Origin: Anaerovoracaceae bacterium | GTDB taxonomy: Bacteria > Actinomycetota > Actinomycetes > Actinomycetales > Bifidobacteriaceae | Direction of reading: 5' to 3' | NCBI GenBank assembly: GCA_963598975.1 | Contig: CAVBVU010000001.1 | Span: 113-64,112, forward strand | Length of the DNA stretch: 64,000 nt | Shown here: positions 38,800 through 48,876 of the stretch, in pieces | Position numbering within the stretch: the first letter of the stretch is position 1 | Layout: each line of letters begins with the position of its first letter | Notes under the pieces: generated by a model | Told to the model about the DNA's origin: nothing | Databases searched by the model: none | Seen by the model: only the letters and a program-made list of their open reading frames with translations | Position numbers and translations under genes: made by a program

Positions 38800-40026
38800 A
38801 TGAAAATGTCGATTTGGATTCGCGGCGCTCGCCTGAAGACACTGCCATTGGCGATTGCTCCGGTGATCATCGGAGCGGCGTTGTCTTGGAAAGACGTGTT
38901 CGTGTATTCACGAGGCGGCGATGTGCTGCGTGCGTCATGTCCGTTCTTCGGTGGGCAATATGACCTAGGGGAGACGAAACGCAGTTCATTAGTCGGTGCG
39001 TGCCAGATATCTCCTGCCTGGTTCGTGTTGGTGGCGGTGCTGTGCGGTTGCGTGGCGTTGTTCCTGCAAATCGCCGCGAATTTTGCGAACGATTATTCCG
39101 ATGGCGTGCGTGGAACGGATGAAGGTCGGGATGCCGGCAAGGAGTTGGGTCGTTCTTCCCGCATCGAGTTCGTCCATACTGGAATTGAGGATCGAGATGC
39201 CGGTGCGGATCAGGGACATGCTTTCTCTGGAATGCTGCCGATGCATGACGCGTCACATGATTCGATTCGTGACGCGTTACATGGTCCGGGCCGACCGGTG
39301 AGGACGCGGCCGGTCCAGAATCCACCGCTGCCAAGTGACACATCACACGGCCCGGCCCGATTGGTGGCCTCCGGCGTGAATCCGAAGAAGGTGCTGGCCG
39401 CCGCCGGAATCAATGCGCTGATTGCTTGCTTGTGCGGCTTGGCGGTATGTGCGCTGACCGGCTACTGGTGGTTCATCCTACTTGGATTGGCGTGCCTTCT
39501 GGCCGGTTGGTTCTATGTAGGGGGCAAGCACCCATACGGCTACCACTGTCTGGGTGAGGTGTTCGTGTTCGTTTTCTTCGGTCTTGTCGCCACTTGCGGA
39601 ACCATGTTCGCCCTGACTGGAACGGTGTCGGGCCTCGGCATCTGGGGCGGATGTGCCGTGGGTTGCGCTGCGGTGGCGGTGCTGTGCGTCAACAATCTAC
39701 GCGACGTCGAATCCGATCGCAAGCACGGCAAACATACGTGGATGAGTGCTTTGGGACGATCGAAAGGAACCATTTTCGCAATCATATTGATGGCTGTATC
39801 TGCGATTATGCCGATGCGATATTGCGTCGTCATGCTGCACAATGCGGAACTTCCGAGCGTCTTGACTGCGGGCGTCACACTGGCGTCGGTTGCGATATTG
39901 CTTGTCGTGTGCATCGCGGCCGCCGTCGCGATCGCAAGGAGAAACTACAAAACCGCGCTGCCGCTGTGTTCGCTGAGCTCACTTGCCCTGGCTGCGGTAT
40001 TTGCGATATCGTCGATTCTTTCGTGA
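38800..40026 (+). CDS. menA: 1,4-dihydroxy-2-naphthoate polyprenyltransferase with insertions
   Basis: GARLKTLPLA, NFANDYSDGVRGTD, NNLRDVESD..GKHT; start uncertain (38791-38806). Confidence 0.88.
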   Translation: MKMSIWIRGARLKTLPLAIAPVIIGAALSWKDVFVYSRGGDVLRASCPFFGGQYDLGETKRSSLVGACQISPAWFVLVAVLCGCVALFLQIAANFANDYSDGVRGTDEGRDAGKELGRSSRIEFVHTGIEDRDAGADQGHAFSGMLPMHDASHDSIRDALHGPGRPVRTRPVQNPPLPSDTSHGPARLVASGVNPKKVLAAAGINALIACLCGLAVCALTGYWWFILLGLACLLAGWFYVGGKHPYGYHCLGEVFVFVFFGLVATCGTMFALTGTVSGLGIWGGCAVGCAAVAVLCVNNLRDVESDRKHGKHTWMSALGRSKGTIFAIILMAVSAIMPMRYCVVMLHNAELPSVLTAGVTLASVAILLVVCIAAAVAIARRNYKTALPLCSLSSLALAAVFAISSILS

Positions 40027-40140
40027 TTATATCCGCGTCGAATCGCGGATTGCGCGGCGAGCGAGGAATGTTGCACAAACGTAACCAAATAATCGTCGAA
40101 CCGTTCGTTTTTGGACGTGCAAGGCGGTAGACTGGCAAGC

Positions 40141-40881
40141 ATGACTTACAAACTAGTACTGCTCCGTCACGGACAGAGCGCATGGAATAAAACAAATCAG
40201 TTCACCGGCTGGGTCGACGTCCCGCTGACCGAGCAGGGTGTCGAGGAAGCCAAGAACGGCGGCCGCCTGCTCAAGGAGAAGAATGTCCTCCCGGATATTG
40301 TCTTCACTTCGATGCTGCGTCGTGCCATCAACACTGCCAACGTGGCTCTGGACGAGGCTGATCGCCTGTGGATTCCGGTCCAGCGCAGCTGGCGTCTGAA
40401 CGAGCGTCACTACGGCGCTCTGCAGGGCAAGAACAAGACTCAGATCCGCGAAGAGTACGGCGATGAGAAGTTCATGCTGTGGCGTCGTTCCTACGCGACC
40501 CCGCCGCCGGAGATCGATCCGAACGACGAATACGCTCAGAACGGCGATCCACGCTACACCGGCGATCCGGTTCCGGAAGCCGAGTGCCTGGCCGATGTGG
40601 TCACTCGCGTTGAGCCGTACTTCAAGTCTGACATTGAGCCGCAGCTCAAGGCCGGCAAGACCGTTCTGATCGCGGCCCACGGCAACAGCCTGCGCGCCAT
40701 CGTGAAGATGCTTGATAACCTCACCGAAGAAGAGATCGCCAAGGTCAACATCCCGACCGCAATGCCGCTGCTGTACGAGCTGGATGAGAACTTCAAGCCG
40801 ATCAAGCCGCGTGGCGAGTACCTGGATCCGGAAGCCGCTGCTGCCGGTGCCGCCGCCGTTGCCGCTCAGGGCCAGAAGTGA
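40141..40881 (+). CDS. gpmA: 2,3-bisphosphoglycerate-dependent phosphoglycerate mutase
   Basis: [25 protein letters not shown]. Confidence 0.97.
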   Translation: MTYKLVLLRHGQSAWNKTNQFTGWVDVPLTEQGVEEAKNGGRLLKEKNVLPDIVFTSMLRRAINTANVALDEADRLWIPVQRSWRLNERHYGALQGKNKTQIREEYGDEKFMLWRRSYATPPPEIDPNDEYAQNGDPRYTGDPVPEAECLADVVTRVEPYFKSDIEPQLKAGKTVLIAAHGNSLRAIVKMLDNLTEEEIAKVNIPTAMPLLYELDENFKPIKPRGEYLDPEAAAAGAAAVAAQGQK

Positions 40882-40929
40882 TCTCACCTCTGAAATGACG
40901 CAACGTTAGATATCGCTAAGCGATAGGAC

Positions 40930-40989
40930 GAACCGCACCCCCGATTGTTGAATCGAAGAAATTCGGATCAATGATCGGGGGTGCGGTTC
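40930..40989. terminator. Long hairpin between convergent gpmA and phoU
   Basis: GAACCGCACCCCCGAT..ATCGGGGGTGCGGTTC. Confidence 0.65.
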
Positions 40990-41007
40990 ATATTAAACGA
41001 GTATGAC

Positions 41008-41095
41008 TTGGGACCGGTTCCGGATGTTAACCGTTTCGGCTTCAAGATCCCGAATCGTTGGAATTCCGCCGTTTTTGAATCACGTGGGAGAATCA
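41008..41095 (+). repeat. Partial unit of the ~148-bp dispersed repeat
   Basis: CTTCAAGATCCCGAATCGTTGGAATTCCGCCGTTTTTGAATCACG. Confidence 0.7.
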
Positions 41096-41205
41096 CAAGC
41101 ATAGAGGAGCATAAAAATGGACGGCCCGAGTTTTCCTCGTGACCGTCCATTTTGCATTGCAGGCGTTGAAGATACGCCGTCGACGCGTTGCTGGTTTTGT
41201 AAGAC

Positions 41206-41886
41206 TCAGCTGATATCGGTGCCCTCATCGCGGGTCGGCTCCTTGGAGGGGTCGAATCCGGAGACGATGAACACCATGCGACGTGCCGCGGAAACGGTAT
41301 GGTCTCCAATACGTTCCATGAAACGTCCGATGAGCACCACGTCGATGAGCTGCTGGTTGGTGCCGGACCAGTCCTCGGACTGGGCGAGTTCGAGGGTCTT
41401 CTTGTGGAGCGCGTCAAGTCGGTCGTCATTGAGGATGATCGACTCGGCGATTTCGATGTCTCGGTTGCTGAACATGGTGGTGGTGCTGTCGGCCACGTCG
41501 TTGAGGAATGCCTGCATTTCGGCGAACAGCGGCTGTGCGTCCTCTGGCAGCGGGGAAGCGGGGTAAGTGCGGCGTGCGGCCTCGGCGACGTGTCGCGCCA
41601 GATCGCCCATACGTTCGAGCGTCGAAGCCAGACGCATGGTGGAAACCACTACGCGCAGATCGGTGGCGACCGGACTCTGCTTGGCGAGCAGCTTCACGCA
41701 CTGGTCGACGACGCTGGACTCCAGTGCATCGATTTCGATATCTCCGTCGATGACGGCCTGTGCGGCTTCAAGGTTCTGGTTCAGCAGGGCCTCGCCTGCG
41801 CCGGTGATCGCCTTATGCACTCCCTGGACCATGCGATTGAAGTCATCGGCTATGGCCTGGAGCTCTTCGTTATAAATAACGCGCAT
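41206..41886 (-). CDS. phoU: Phosphate signalling protein PhoU
   Basis: QSPVATDLR, LERMGDLA, ERIGDH. Confidence 0.94.
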   Translation of the reverse strand: MRVIYNEELQAIADDFNRMVQGVHKAITGAGEALLNQNLEAAQAVIDGDIEIDALESSVVDQCVKLLAKQSPVATDLRVVVSTMRLASTLERMGDLARHVAEAARRTYPASPLPEDAQPLFAEMQAFLNDVADSTTTMFSNRDIEIAESIILNDDRLDALHKKTLELAQSEDWSGTNQQLIDVVLIGRFMERIGDHTVSAARRMVFIVSGFDPSKEPTRDEGTDIS

Positions 41887-42059
41887 ATGACTTGCCTTTC
41901 AACAATTTCACGAATATCAGGTCTGAAACAACCTTCCATAAGTCTATTGGCAAAATACGGTCGGCATGGCCGTCGGCTGAGTTGTTTCATCAAAGTTCAC
42001 CGGTGCGTTCACTTGACGTTCATGTCTGCGACGCGGTTGAAATATGTAAGAATGGAATC

Positions 42060-43232
42060 ATGGTTGAATCATTGAGCTCTTTGTGGCACGAATTAACGCA
42101 TCGGGACGAGCAGTCGGATACCGAGGATTACGTGATCGACGACTCCACGAATGCGTTGTTTTCCATGCTTCCGTTGGTTTCCATCGTCATCGACGATGCC
42201 GATGAGGTGGTTCGTGCGCATCCGGCTGCCTATACGCTCGGAGTGGTCCTTGATGATGCGATCGTGGACGAGACCGTGCTGAAGGCCGTGCATGAGGTTC
42301 GTGCGCAGGGAGGAAAACGCCAGTTTGATCTGACCACGACCACGGCCGATGCCGTACAGGTCGTACCGAAGGCTGGGAAACTTACGGTTCGCGAGGTGGC
42401 TCAGCAGTCGCTGCTGGGACAATCGAAAGACAAGCCCGTCGCCACGGTTTCCCGGCCGAACTGGCTGAAGGTGATCGTCGGCCGGCTCAATGAGAATTTC
42501 GTGGTGGTGCTTATCTTCGATGTGAGCGAGACCGTACGTTTCGCGCAAACCAGGGATTCGTTCATCACCAATGTTTCCGAGCAGCTGCTTAAGCCTACGC
42601 AAGCGCTACGGCAGCTTGCCGATACGTTGGAAGGCGGTGGCGCCGATCCGGATGCCATTGAACGGCATGCGGCGCAACTGCGTCATTCCTGCGCTCATCT
42701 GGAGCATATGGTTTCCGACCTGCTGTTGCTGATCAAAGCGCAGGAGCCGGTTCTGCCGACTGCGGACAATCGCATCAACGTCATGACTCAGGTTTCCGCT
42801 GCCGTCGAGGAGCATCGTGAGGATGCGCTGTTGCGAGGCATCCATATCAATGTCGTCGGCGACGAATCGTTGGAAGTCAACGGTGAGGCCGGACAGATCG
42901 AAGTCGCCGTGGGCAAACTCATCGATAACGCCGTTGTATATTCCCCTGACGGCGCCGATGTGAATATTACCGTCAATCCGGATGAGAGCGGCACCCAAGC
43001 CGTCATTCGCGTGCTTGACAGAGGTGTGGGCATAGCGGCGAAGGAGCAGAATCGCATTTTCGAACGATTCTATCGGGCCGATAACCAGAACGAGCGTTCC
43101 GGAGACGGCATCGGTTTGGGATTGGCGATTGTCAAGCACGTTGCATTGACCCATCATGGTTCGGCTTCAGTGTGGAGCAGTCCGGGGCAGGGAAGCACCT
43201 TTACGTTCGTTTTGCCGATTGCCTGCGATTGA
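42060..43232 (+). CDS. SenX3-like histidine kinase with atypical H-box
   Basis: LIDNAVVYS, DRGVGI, IFERFYR, GIGLGLAIVKH, GQGSTF; divergent from phoU; no His in the expected H-box. Confidence 0.85.
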   Translation: MVESLSSLWHELTHRDEQSDTEDYVIDDSTNALFSMLPLVSIVIDDADEVVRAHPAAYTLGVVLDDAIVDETVLKAVHEVRAQGGKRQFDLTTTTADAVQVVPKAGKLTVREVAQQSLLGQSKDKPVATVSRPNWLKVIVGRLNENFVVVLIFDVSETVRFAQTRDSFITNVSEQLLKPTQALRQLADTLEGGGADPDAIERHAAQLRHSCAHLEHMVSDLLLLIKAQEPVLPTADNRINVMTQVSAAVEEHREDALLRGIHINVVGDESLEVNGEAGQIEVAVGKLIDNAVVYSPDGADVNITVNPDESGTQAVIRVLDRGVGIAAKEQNRIFERFYRADNQNERSGDGIGLGLAIVKHVALTHHGSASVWSSPGQGSTFTFVLPIACD

Positions 43233-43343
43233 TGTACGTCCGTGCGGTCGACTATGAAGTTGACGTCGACGTGGTCAAATCAGACATGGGCGGGATCGGC
43301 ATGATCGCAATCGACGTAAACGAAGGTGTAGCCAAATAAGAAA

Positions 43344-43388
43344 GGTGGGTTCGCGGAGCTATTGAAGATTCCGCGAACCCACCTTTTG
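43344..43388. terminator. Intrinsic terminator
   Basis: GGTGGGTTCGCGGA..TCCGCGAACCCACC followed by TTTT. Confidence 0.75.
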
Positions 43389-43440
43389 CGCGTTATGCCA
43401 ACAACAGGCATCCACAACGCGTTTTTTTTGAGGGGGGGGG

Positions 43441-43695
43441 CTATTCGCCCAAGCGTCGGTAGTCCCAGCGGTCGAAGTGCTCCCAGATCAGCATGAGAAC
43501 GCCGATGACGGTACCTGCCGTACATACGATTTGAGCGCGTTCCGCCTGTATGCCGCAGGCCGTGAGAATCATGCACACGGCCAGCGCGATTGCCCACACA
43601 ATGGTGCCGAACAGAAAAACCTTGCGCAAATCCACGCGTACGGGTTTTGGAGAAGGTTTTCTTGCGTTCGGGTCAATAATCGGGGCAAACTTCAT
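43441..43695 (-). CDS. Small membrane protein (DUF2530-like)
   Basis: Two TMs, GTIVWAIAL; directly downstream of serC. Confidence 0.75.
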   Translation of the reverse strand: MKFAPIIDPNARKPSPKPVRVDLRKVFLFGTIVWAIALAVCMILTACGIQAERAQIVCTAGTVIGVLMLIWEHFDRWDYRRLGE

Positions 43696-43725
43696 ACTGG
43701 ATACCTTACAACGCGGGGGAAACAC

Positions 43726-44868
43726 TCACATATGTTCCACCACGTAGTCCATGCACTTCGTCAATGCGTCCACATCGCTCGGATCGACGGACGGGAATAC
43801 GCCGACACGCAACTGGTTGCGGCCAAGCTTGCGGTATCCGTTGGTGTCCACGATTCCGTTTTCACGTAGTGCGGACACCACTTGCGCGGCATTGACGCTT
43901 TCGTCGAGGTCGATGGTTACCACGGCGTTGGAACGCGCGCTTGCGTCGGTCACGAAGGGGGTGGCGTATTCGCTTTTCTCCGCCCACTCATACAGCAGGG
44001 ACGCGGACCTTGCGCATCGCGCGGCCGCCCATGCGAGGCCGCCATTGTCGTTCAGCCAGCGCACCTGATTCTCAAGCATGATCAACGTGGCAACGGCGGG
44101 GGTATTGAGTGTCTGGTCCTTGCGGGAGTTTTCGATGGCGGACGTAAGCGAGAGGAACGGCGGAATCCAGCGAAGCGCTCCGGGAAGATTCACGTTCTGC
44201 TGAATGCCATACGCGCGTTCCACGGCCGCGGGCGAGAGCACCGCCACCCAGAGTCCGCCGTCGGAGCCGAATGCCTTCTGCGGGGAGAAGTAGTAGGCGT
44301 CGGTCTGGCTGATGTCCACAGGCAGGGCTCCCGCACCGCTGGTGGCGTCGATAAGGGTCAGCGCACCTTGCTCCTTGGAGCCGTCGACACGCTTGATCGG
44401 TGCCGCCACGCCGGTCGAGGTCTCGTTGTGCGCCCAGCAGTAGGTGTCCACGTATTCGGTGAGCTCTGGAATGCGGTAGGTTCCCGGTTCTCCCGCGAAA
44501 ATCTCCGGTTCCTCAAGGAACGGTGCCGACTGGGCGGATTTGGCGAACTTGGAGCTGAACGATCCGTACGTGCCGAAAGCCGCTTTTCGTGTGATCAGTG
44601 ATGCGCACGCGATGTCCCAAAACGCGCTGGCCCCGCCGTTTCCCAGAACGACCTCGTAGCCGTCGGGGATTTGGAAGAAATCGGCCAGTCCTTCGCGGAT
44701 GGATCCCACCACCTGTTTGATGGGTGTCTGGCGATGCGAGGTGCCCAGCAGGTTTCGTGATCCTTCGATGAGCGCCTGTGCCTGCTCCGGGCGGATTTTG
44801 CTTGGTCCTGAGCCGAAACGTCCGTCTTCCGGAAGCATGTTGGAGGGGATGTTCACAGTATTCGTCAT
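43726..44868 (-). CDS. serC: Phosphoserine aminotransferase
   Basis: DGRFGSGPSK, AHNETSTGV, DATSG, FSPQK, DQTLNTP, YRKLGRNQLR. Confidence 0.94.
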   Translation of the reverse strand: MTNTVNIPSNMLPEDGRFGSGPSKIRPEQAQALIEGSRNLLGTSHRQTPIKQVVGSIREGLADFFQIPDGYEVVLGNGGASAFWDIACASLITRKAAFGTYGSFSSKFAKSAQSAPFLEEPEIFAGEPGTYRIPELTEYVDTYCWAHNETSTGVAAPIKRVDGSKEQGALTLIDATSGAGALPVDISQTDAYYFSPQKAFGSDGGLWVAVLSPAAVERAYGIQQNVNLPGALRWIPPFLSLTSAIENSRKDQTLNTPAVATLIMLENQVRWLNDNGGLAWAAARCARSASLLYEWAEKSEYATPFVTDASARSNAVVTIDLDESVNAAQVVSALRENGIVDTNGYRKLGRNQLRVGVFPSVDPSDVDALTKCMDYVVEHM

Positions 44869-45146
44869 GGTGTCTAGCCTAGCCAGTTCCCCGGATTGGA
44901 TTGTCTCGTGACCATCTGTCGGACTTTGTACCGTTTTCTCATCGACGGGAAGACGTCTTCTGCTGCATATCCGGGGCGGTCGAAGAGTGGAAAAGTGGGG
45001 AAACAACCCGCTGCAAAGCATGTTAGGGGGTAAGGGTGCTTGTTGAAATCCCGGTATCGGTGTAACGTTTCATACCGTGACGGTTTTGTAAACCATGTGC
45101 GGTCACAAGCATAGGTTCACAGTAATCCGCAAGGAGTGATTGATAT

Positions 45147-46088
45147 ATGAGGCATGCAGCGCATAAAGCTGCCAAGGTTTCCGGCGAACGTTTCAGCGTT
45201 TCCAAGGCGCTGTTCGCATCGAGCCGTGGCTCCCATACCGCCAGGACTGTGCGTATGGTTCAGCTGGCGAATGGTGGAGGCGCGGTCGTGGGACTCGACC
45301 AGGCCGTTGTCGACAAGCTCAATGAAATCGCTCCGATGACCCGTCGTGCCATGCGCGAGGCCGCGCGTGCCGCCGATCGTCATTCCGTGTTCATTACCTC
45401 CGCGTCGTTGGCCACATTGGTGGGCACGGCTGCGGCTGCCATGGCCATGGGCCAGCACGACACCTCCGAATTGACGTTCGCGGACACCACCACTACCACG
45501 CAGGTTCGTCGCGTCTCCGACACCGAGGCGTCCCGTTCCGAGGATCGTTCCGAGCTGAGCTCGCTGACGGTTTCCGAGGATAACAGCGGCGAATGGCAGC
45601 TCGGCGAAACCAGCTCGTCCATCGACACCAGCCTCCTTTCCAAGTCTTTGGCCGACAATGAGAACGTCGCCAAGGTGATGGATCAGGACCAAGATGTTCT
45701 TCCTTCCGGTTTTGACCCGAACCATGCCACCGGAGATGAGGGCAACGCGTATCCGTATGGTCAGTGCACGTGGTGGGCATACACCCGCCGTACCGAGCTT
45801 GGACTTCCTGTGGGCAGCCATTTCGGCAATGCCCAGAGCTGGGGCGCTTCCGCGTCCGCATTGGGATATTGGGTGGATAACACTCCGCGTCATGTCGGCG
45901 ATATCGTGGTGTTCGCTCCTGGACAGCAGGGTGCGGATTCGTATTACGGCCACGTCGCCATCGTTGAAAAGGTCAACGAGGATGGGTCCATCGAGATTTC
46001 CGAGTCGAATGTCGAGGGACTTGGCGTCATTTCCAGTCGTTCCTTCACCGCTGACGAAGCCGGTCAGCTGACGTTCATCCATTACTGA
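45147..46088 (+). CDS. CHAP-domain peptidoglycan hydrolase
   Basis: YPYGQCTWW, GNAQSW, YGHVAIVE, ISESN, FIH. Confidence 0.9.
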   Translation: MRHAAHKAAKVSGERFSVSKALFASSRGSHTARTVRMVQLANGGGAVVGLDQAVVDKLNEIAPMTRRAMREAARAADRHSVFITSASLATLVGTAAAAMAMGQHDTSELTFADTTTTTQVRRVSDTEASRSEDRSELSSLTVSEDNSGEWQLGETSSSIDTSLLSKSLADNENVAKVMDQDQDVLPSGFDPNHATGDEGNAYPYGQCTWWAYTRRTELGLPVGSHFGNAQSWGASASALGYWVDNTPRHVGDIVVFAPGQQGADSYYGHVAIVEKVNEDGSIEISESNVEGLGVISSRSFTADEAGQLTFIHY

Positions 46089-46232
46089 TCGTTCGATGTG
46101 GCGAACCGGCCGTTGGACGGTCCCTTTGCTGTGTAGCTGATGCGTAGCGTCGGCGTGTCGTATGTTTTGGCAGTGCTTTTATCTTCAGCGTGCATCTCGT
46201 ATGCGTACCCTGCATGGTAGATTGGTGTCTTG

Positions 46233-46988
46233 ATGAATATTTCGAAGCGATCTGTAAGCGTTGCGGCCGCAGTGCTGGCCGCCTCCGCCATGTTTTTTGT
46301 CTCGCCGGTGGTCAATGCCGCCGATACCAAGGCGGATACCGTGGTGACCGCTACTCGTTCTTTCCCGAAGACCACTGCCACCAAGCAGAACTTCCTCGCG
46401 GAGCATACGTCCACCGATGTTGAGGGTGACACCGACTGGGGCGGCATCGAGAATCTGGACGTTCCGCAGACCAAGTCCCAGGCTGAAAAGGATCAGGAAG
46501 CCGCTGAGAAGAAGGCGCAGGAGGAGGCTGAGGCGCAGGCTCAAGCCCAGGCGCAGGCTCAGACCCAGACCGACACCGACACCCAATCGGCCAGCCGTTC
46601 TTCGGAACGCACTTCCATCAGTGTGCCGACCGCTCCCGCAACCGCGACCGGTCAGGCTCTTGCTGATTACGCGCTCCAGTTCCAGGGCTATCCGTACGTG
46701 AGCGGAGGCAATACCCCGAGCGGTTGGGATTGCTCCGGATTCGTGCAGTGGATCTATGCGCAGTTCGGTGTGAGCCTGCCGCACTATTCCGGCGCTCAGA
46801 TGAGTGTCGGAACCGCGGTCGGCAGCATCTCCGAAGCCGCTCCCGGCGACATCATCGTCAATTCCCAGCATGCCGCCATCTACATCGGCAACGGCATGGT
46901 CATCAACGCGCTGAATCCAAGCCAGGGAACCCAGATCACATCGTTGGCGGTGTTCACCAGCGATTACGTGATTCGTCGTGTGATCTGA
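46233..46988 (+). CDS. Secreted NlpC/P60 peptidoglycan endopeptidase
   Basis: Signal peptide, AQ-rich linker, PYVSGG..WDCSGFV, HAAIY. Confidence 0.92.
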   Translation: MNISKRSVSVAAAVLAASAMFFVSPVVNAADTKADTVVTATRSFPKTTATKQNFLAEHTSTDVEGDTDWGGIENLDVPQTKSQAEKDQEAAEKKAQEEAEAQAQAQAQAQTQTDTDTQSASRSSERTSISVPTAPATATGQALADYALQFQGYPYVSGGNTPSGWDCSGFVQWIYAQFGVSLPHYSGAQMSVGTAVGSISEAAPGDIIVNSQHAAIYIGNGMVINALNPSQGTQITSLAVFTSDYVIRRVI

Positions 46989-47002
46989 CGCAATCTTTTG
47001 CT

Positions 47003-47033
47003 AAGGGCGTATCCTTCCGGATGCGCCCTTTTT
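47003..47033 (+). terminator. Intrinsic terminator
   Basis: AAGGGCGTATCC..GGATGCGCCCTTTTT. Confidence 0.8.
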
Positions 47034-47140
47034 ACTTGGTTTCTGTCGTGTCTTTGCCTCCCTGTTGGTGCATTACGCGGTATTGTGTACCTTAGAAGCG
47101 GCGCATGGTCGCGTTGCAGTGTGAATTCAGGAGGTCGAAC

Positions 47141-48175
47141 ATGATTAATGACAAGGCGATCCTCGTTGGTGTTGATGGCTCCCACGCCAGCTACAAGGCC
47201 ACATGGTGGGCTGCCAACTATGCGAAGCATGCCGGGCTGACTCTGCAGATTGTCTGCGCGTACTCTCTGCCGAGCTATGCCGCGGTTTCGTTCGATGCCA
47301 CCTATACCGCCATGGGAGACGATAACGCCGCCCACAACGATGCCCAGGAGATTCTGTCCAAGGCCAAGGCAATCGCCGACGAACAGGGTGTGGAGGCGGT
47401 GACGCTGATTGTCACCGGAGACCCGGCATCCGTGTTCGTCGAGCTTTCCCGCAACTACAATCTCATCGTCATCGGCAACCGCGGTAAGGGTGGTCTGGCG
47501 GAACGACTGCTCGGCACCACCAGCTCGAGCCTTCCCGCATATGCGTACTGCCCGATCGTGGTCGTGCCCTACACCGACGACGAAGGCAATCTGATGCACC
47601 TGAACAACACCATCACCAAGGTGGCCGTCGGCTCCGACGAATCCAAGTGGGGTCTGAAGGCTCTGGAGATCGCCGCGTCCTTCGCCGACACATGGGGTGC
47701 CGAGCTTGACGTCATTTCCGCGGTACCGAGCATGAAGGGCTCCGAGGATGAAGGCGTGCTGGCCTCCTACAAGGAAGACCTTGACGTGCGCATCAAGCCG
47801 CTTGAGGAAGCACATCCGAACCTGAAGATCAACAAGCAGATCGTTCCGGGCTCCGCGGTCGGCACACTGACCCGCGCAAGCTACGACCATGATGTCGTGG
47901 TCGTAGGTTCCCGCGGACGTGGCGGTTTCACCGGCCTGCTGCTCGGTTCCACCAGCCAAGGGCTGCTCCAGCATGCGGTCGGTCCTGTCTACGTGGTGCC
48001 GCGCAAGTATGTGGAAGCCGCGGAAACCCGTCTAGACACGGCTCCGAGCTCGCCGGCTGACATCAAGCCGAAGTCCATCGACGACATCAAGGGCGTCGAG
48101 GAAGTGCCGGTCCCCATGGCCGATTCGGCGACCGTGGAAGCGATCGAAACCAAGATCGATCCGGAACGTCAGTGA
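47141..48175 (+). CDS. Universal stress protein with tandem USP domains
   Basis: ILVGVDGS, GNRGKGG..LGTTS, GSRGRGG..LGSTS; AGGAGG RBS. Confidence 0.94.
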   Translation: MINDKAILVGVDGSHASYKATWWAANYAKHAGLTLQIVCAYSLPSYAAVSFDATYTAMGDDNAAHNDAQEILSKAKAIADEQGVEAVTLIVTGDPASVFVELSRNYNLIVIGNRGKGGLAERLLGTTSSSLPAYAYCPIVVVPYTDDEGNLMHLNNTITKVAVGSDESKWGLKALEIAASFADTWGAELDVISAVPSMKGSEDEGVLASYKEDLDVRIKPLEEAHPNLKINKQIVPGSAVGTLTRASYDHDVVVVGSRGRGGFTGLLLGSTSQGLLQHAVGPVYVVPRKYVEAAETRLDTAPSSPADIKPKSIDDIKGVEEVPVPMADSATVEAIETKIDPERQ

Positions 48176-48226
48176 GCGTTTGCTGAACGAATCCTGTTGA
48201 ACGAATCTTGCTGAATGCAATATAGA

Positions 48227-48270
48227 TGAGGCTGGTTGCGATTCCTTACCGAATCGCAACCAGCCTCATT
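48227..48270. terminator. Hairpin between convergent usp and OsmC-family genes
   Basis: ATGAGGCTGGTTGCGATTC..GAATCGCAACCAGCCTCAT. Confidence 0.7.
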
Positions 48271-48291
48271 CGTTTGCGGGCAATGCCGAAG

Positions 48292-48705
48292 TCAGTGCTT
48301 GACGGTGACGCTCATACGGACCGGCGTCGGTTCCACATACGTATGCTTCACCGTGCAGCTCTTGTCGACATGACGGACGACGCGCTCCTTGAGCTTCTCG
48401 GCGTCTTCGTCGCTCAATCCCGCTTCCGTGGCATCGATCTCGACCTGCTCGTCGAAGCTCAGGTAGGCGTCGTTGTCGGCATCGTAGGTGCCGTCCACAA
48501 CGATCTTCGCGCCCTTGCCTTCGCCGAGGGTGTGTTCGATGGCGAACTGGCTTGACAGCGCGGCGCAACCGGCAAGTGCGATCTTCATCAGATCGCCCGG
48601 GTTGAACTGGCCCTTTCCATGGCCGAACTTGATGTGCGCTCCGTCCTCGCTGAACGCGTCCCAGGAACCATCTTTATTGCGCTCCACCCACAGCCTTTTG
48701 CCCAT
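48292..48705 (-). CDS. OsmC family protein
   Basis: FNPGDLMKIALAGC and KSCTVKHT two-Cys pattern; GGAGG RBS. Confidence 0.85.
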   Translation of the reverse strand: MGKRLWVERNKDGSWDAFSEDGAHIKFGHGKGQFNPGDLMKIALAGCAALSSQFAIEHTLGEGKGAKIVVDGTYDADNDAYLSFDEQVEIDATEAGLSDEDAEKLKERVVRHVDKSCTVKHTYVEPTPVRMSVTVKH

Positions 48706-48876
48706 GGGAACCTCCCTTGCATCATTCCGGACACGACGGTCGTGCCGATTCACCAACTAATCTAGCGCATTCGCGAGCGTTAGGGGAGGAGATTCCGCTT
48801 GGCGGCAATCGCATCTTATCGATGAATTCCGCCTGATAGCGAAGAAGAGTGGCCGGTTCTTGTTATGCTGAGGCCT

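Noticed and set aside
43421..43440. T8/G9 homopolymers as a phase-variation site
   Set aside because: They lie just after a stop codon between convergent genes, not in a CDS or promoter.
48178..48222. 14-bp tandem TG(C/T)TGAACGAATC after usp, and the 16-bp tandem after ribF
   Set aside because: Two to three copies beside terminators; consistent with local slippage, with no evidence of function.
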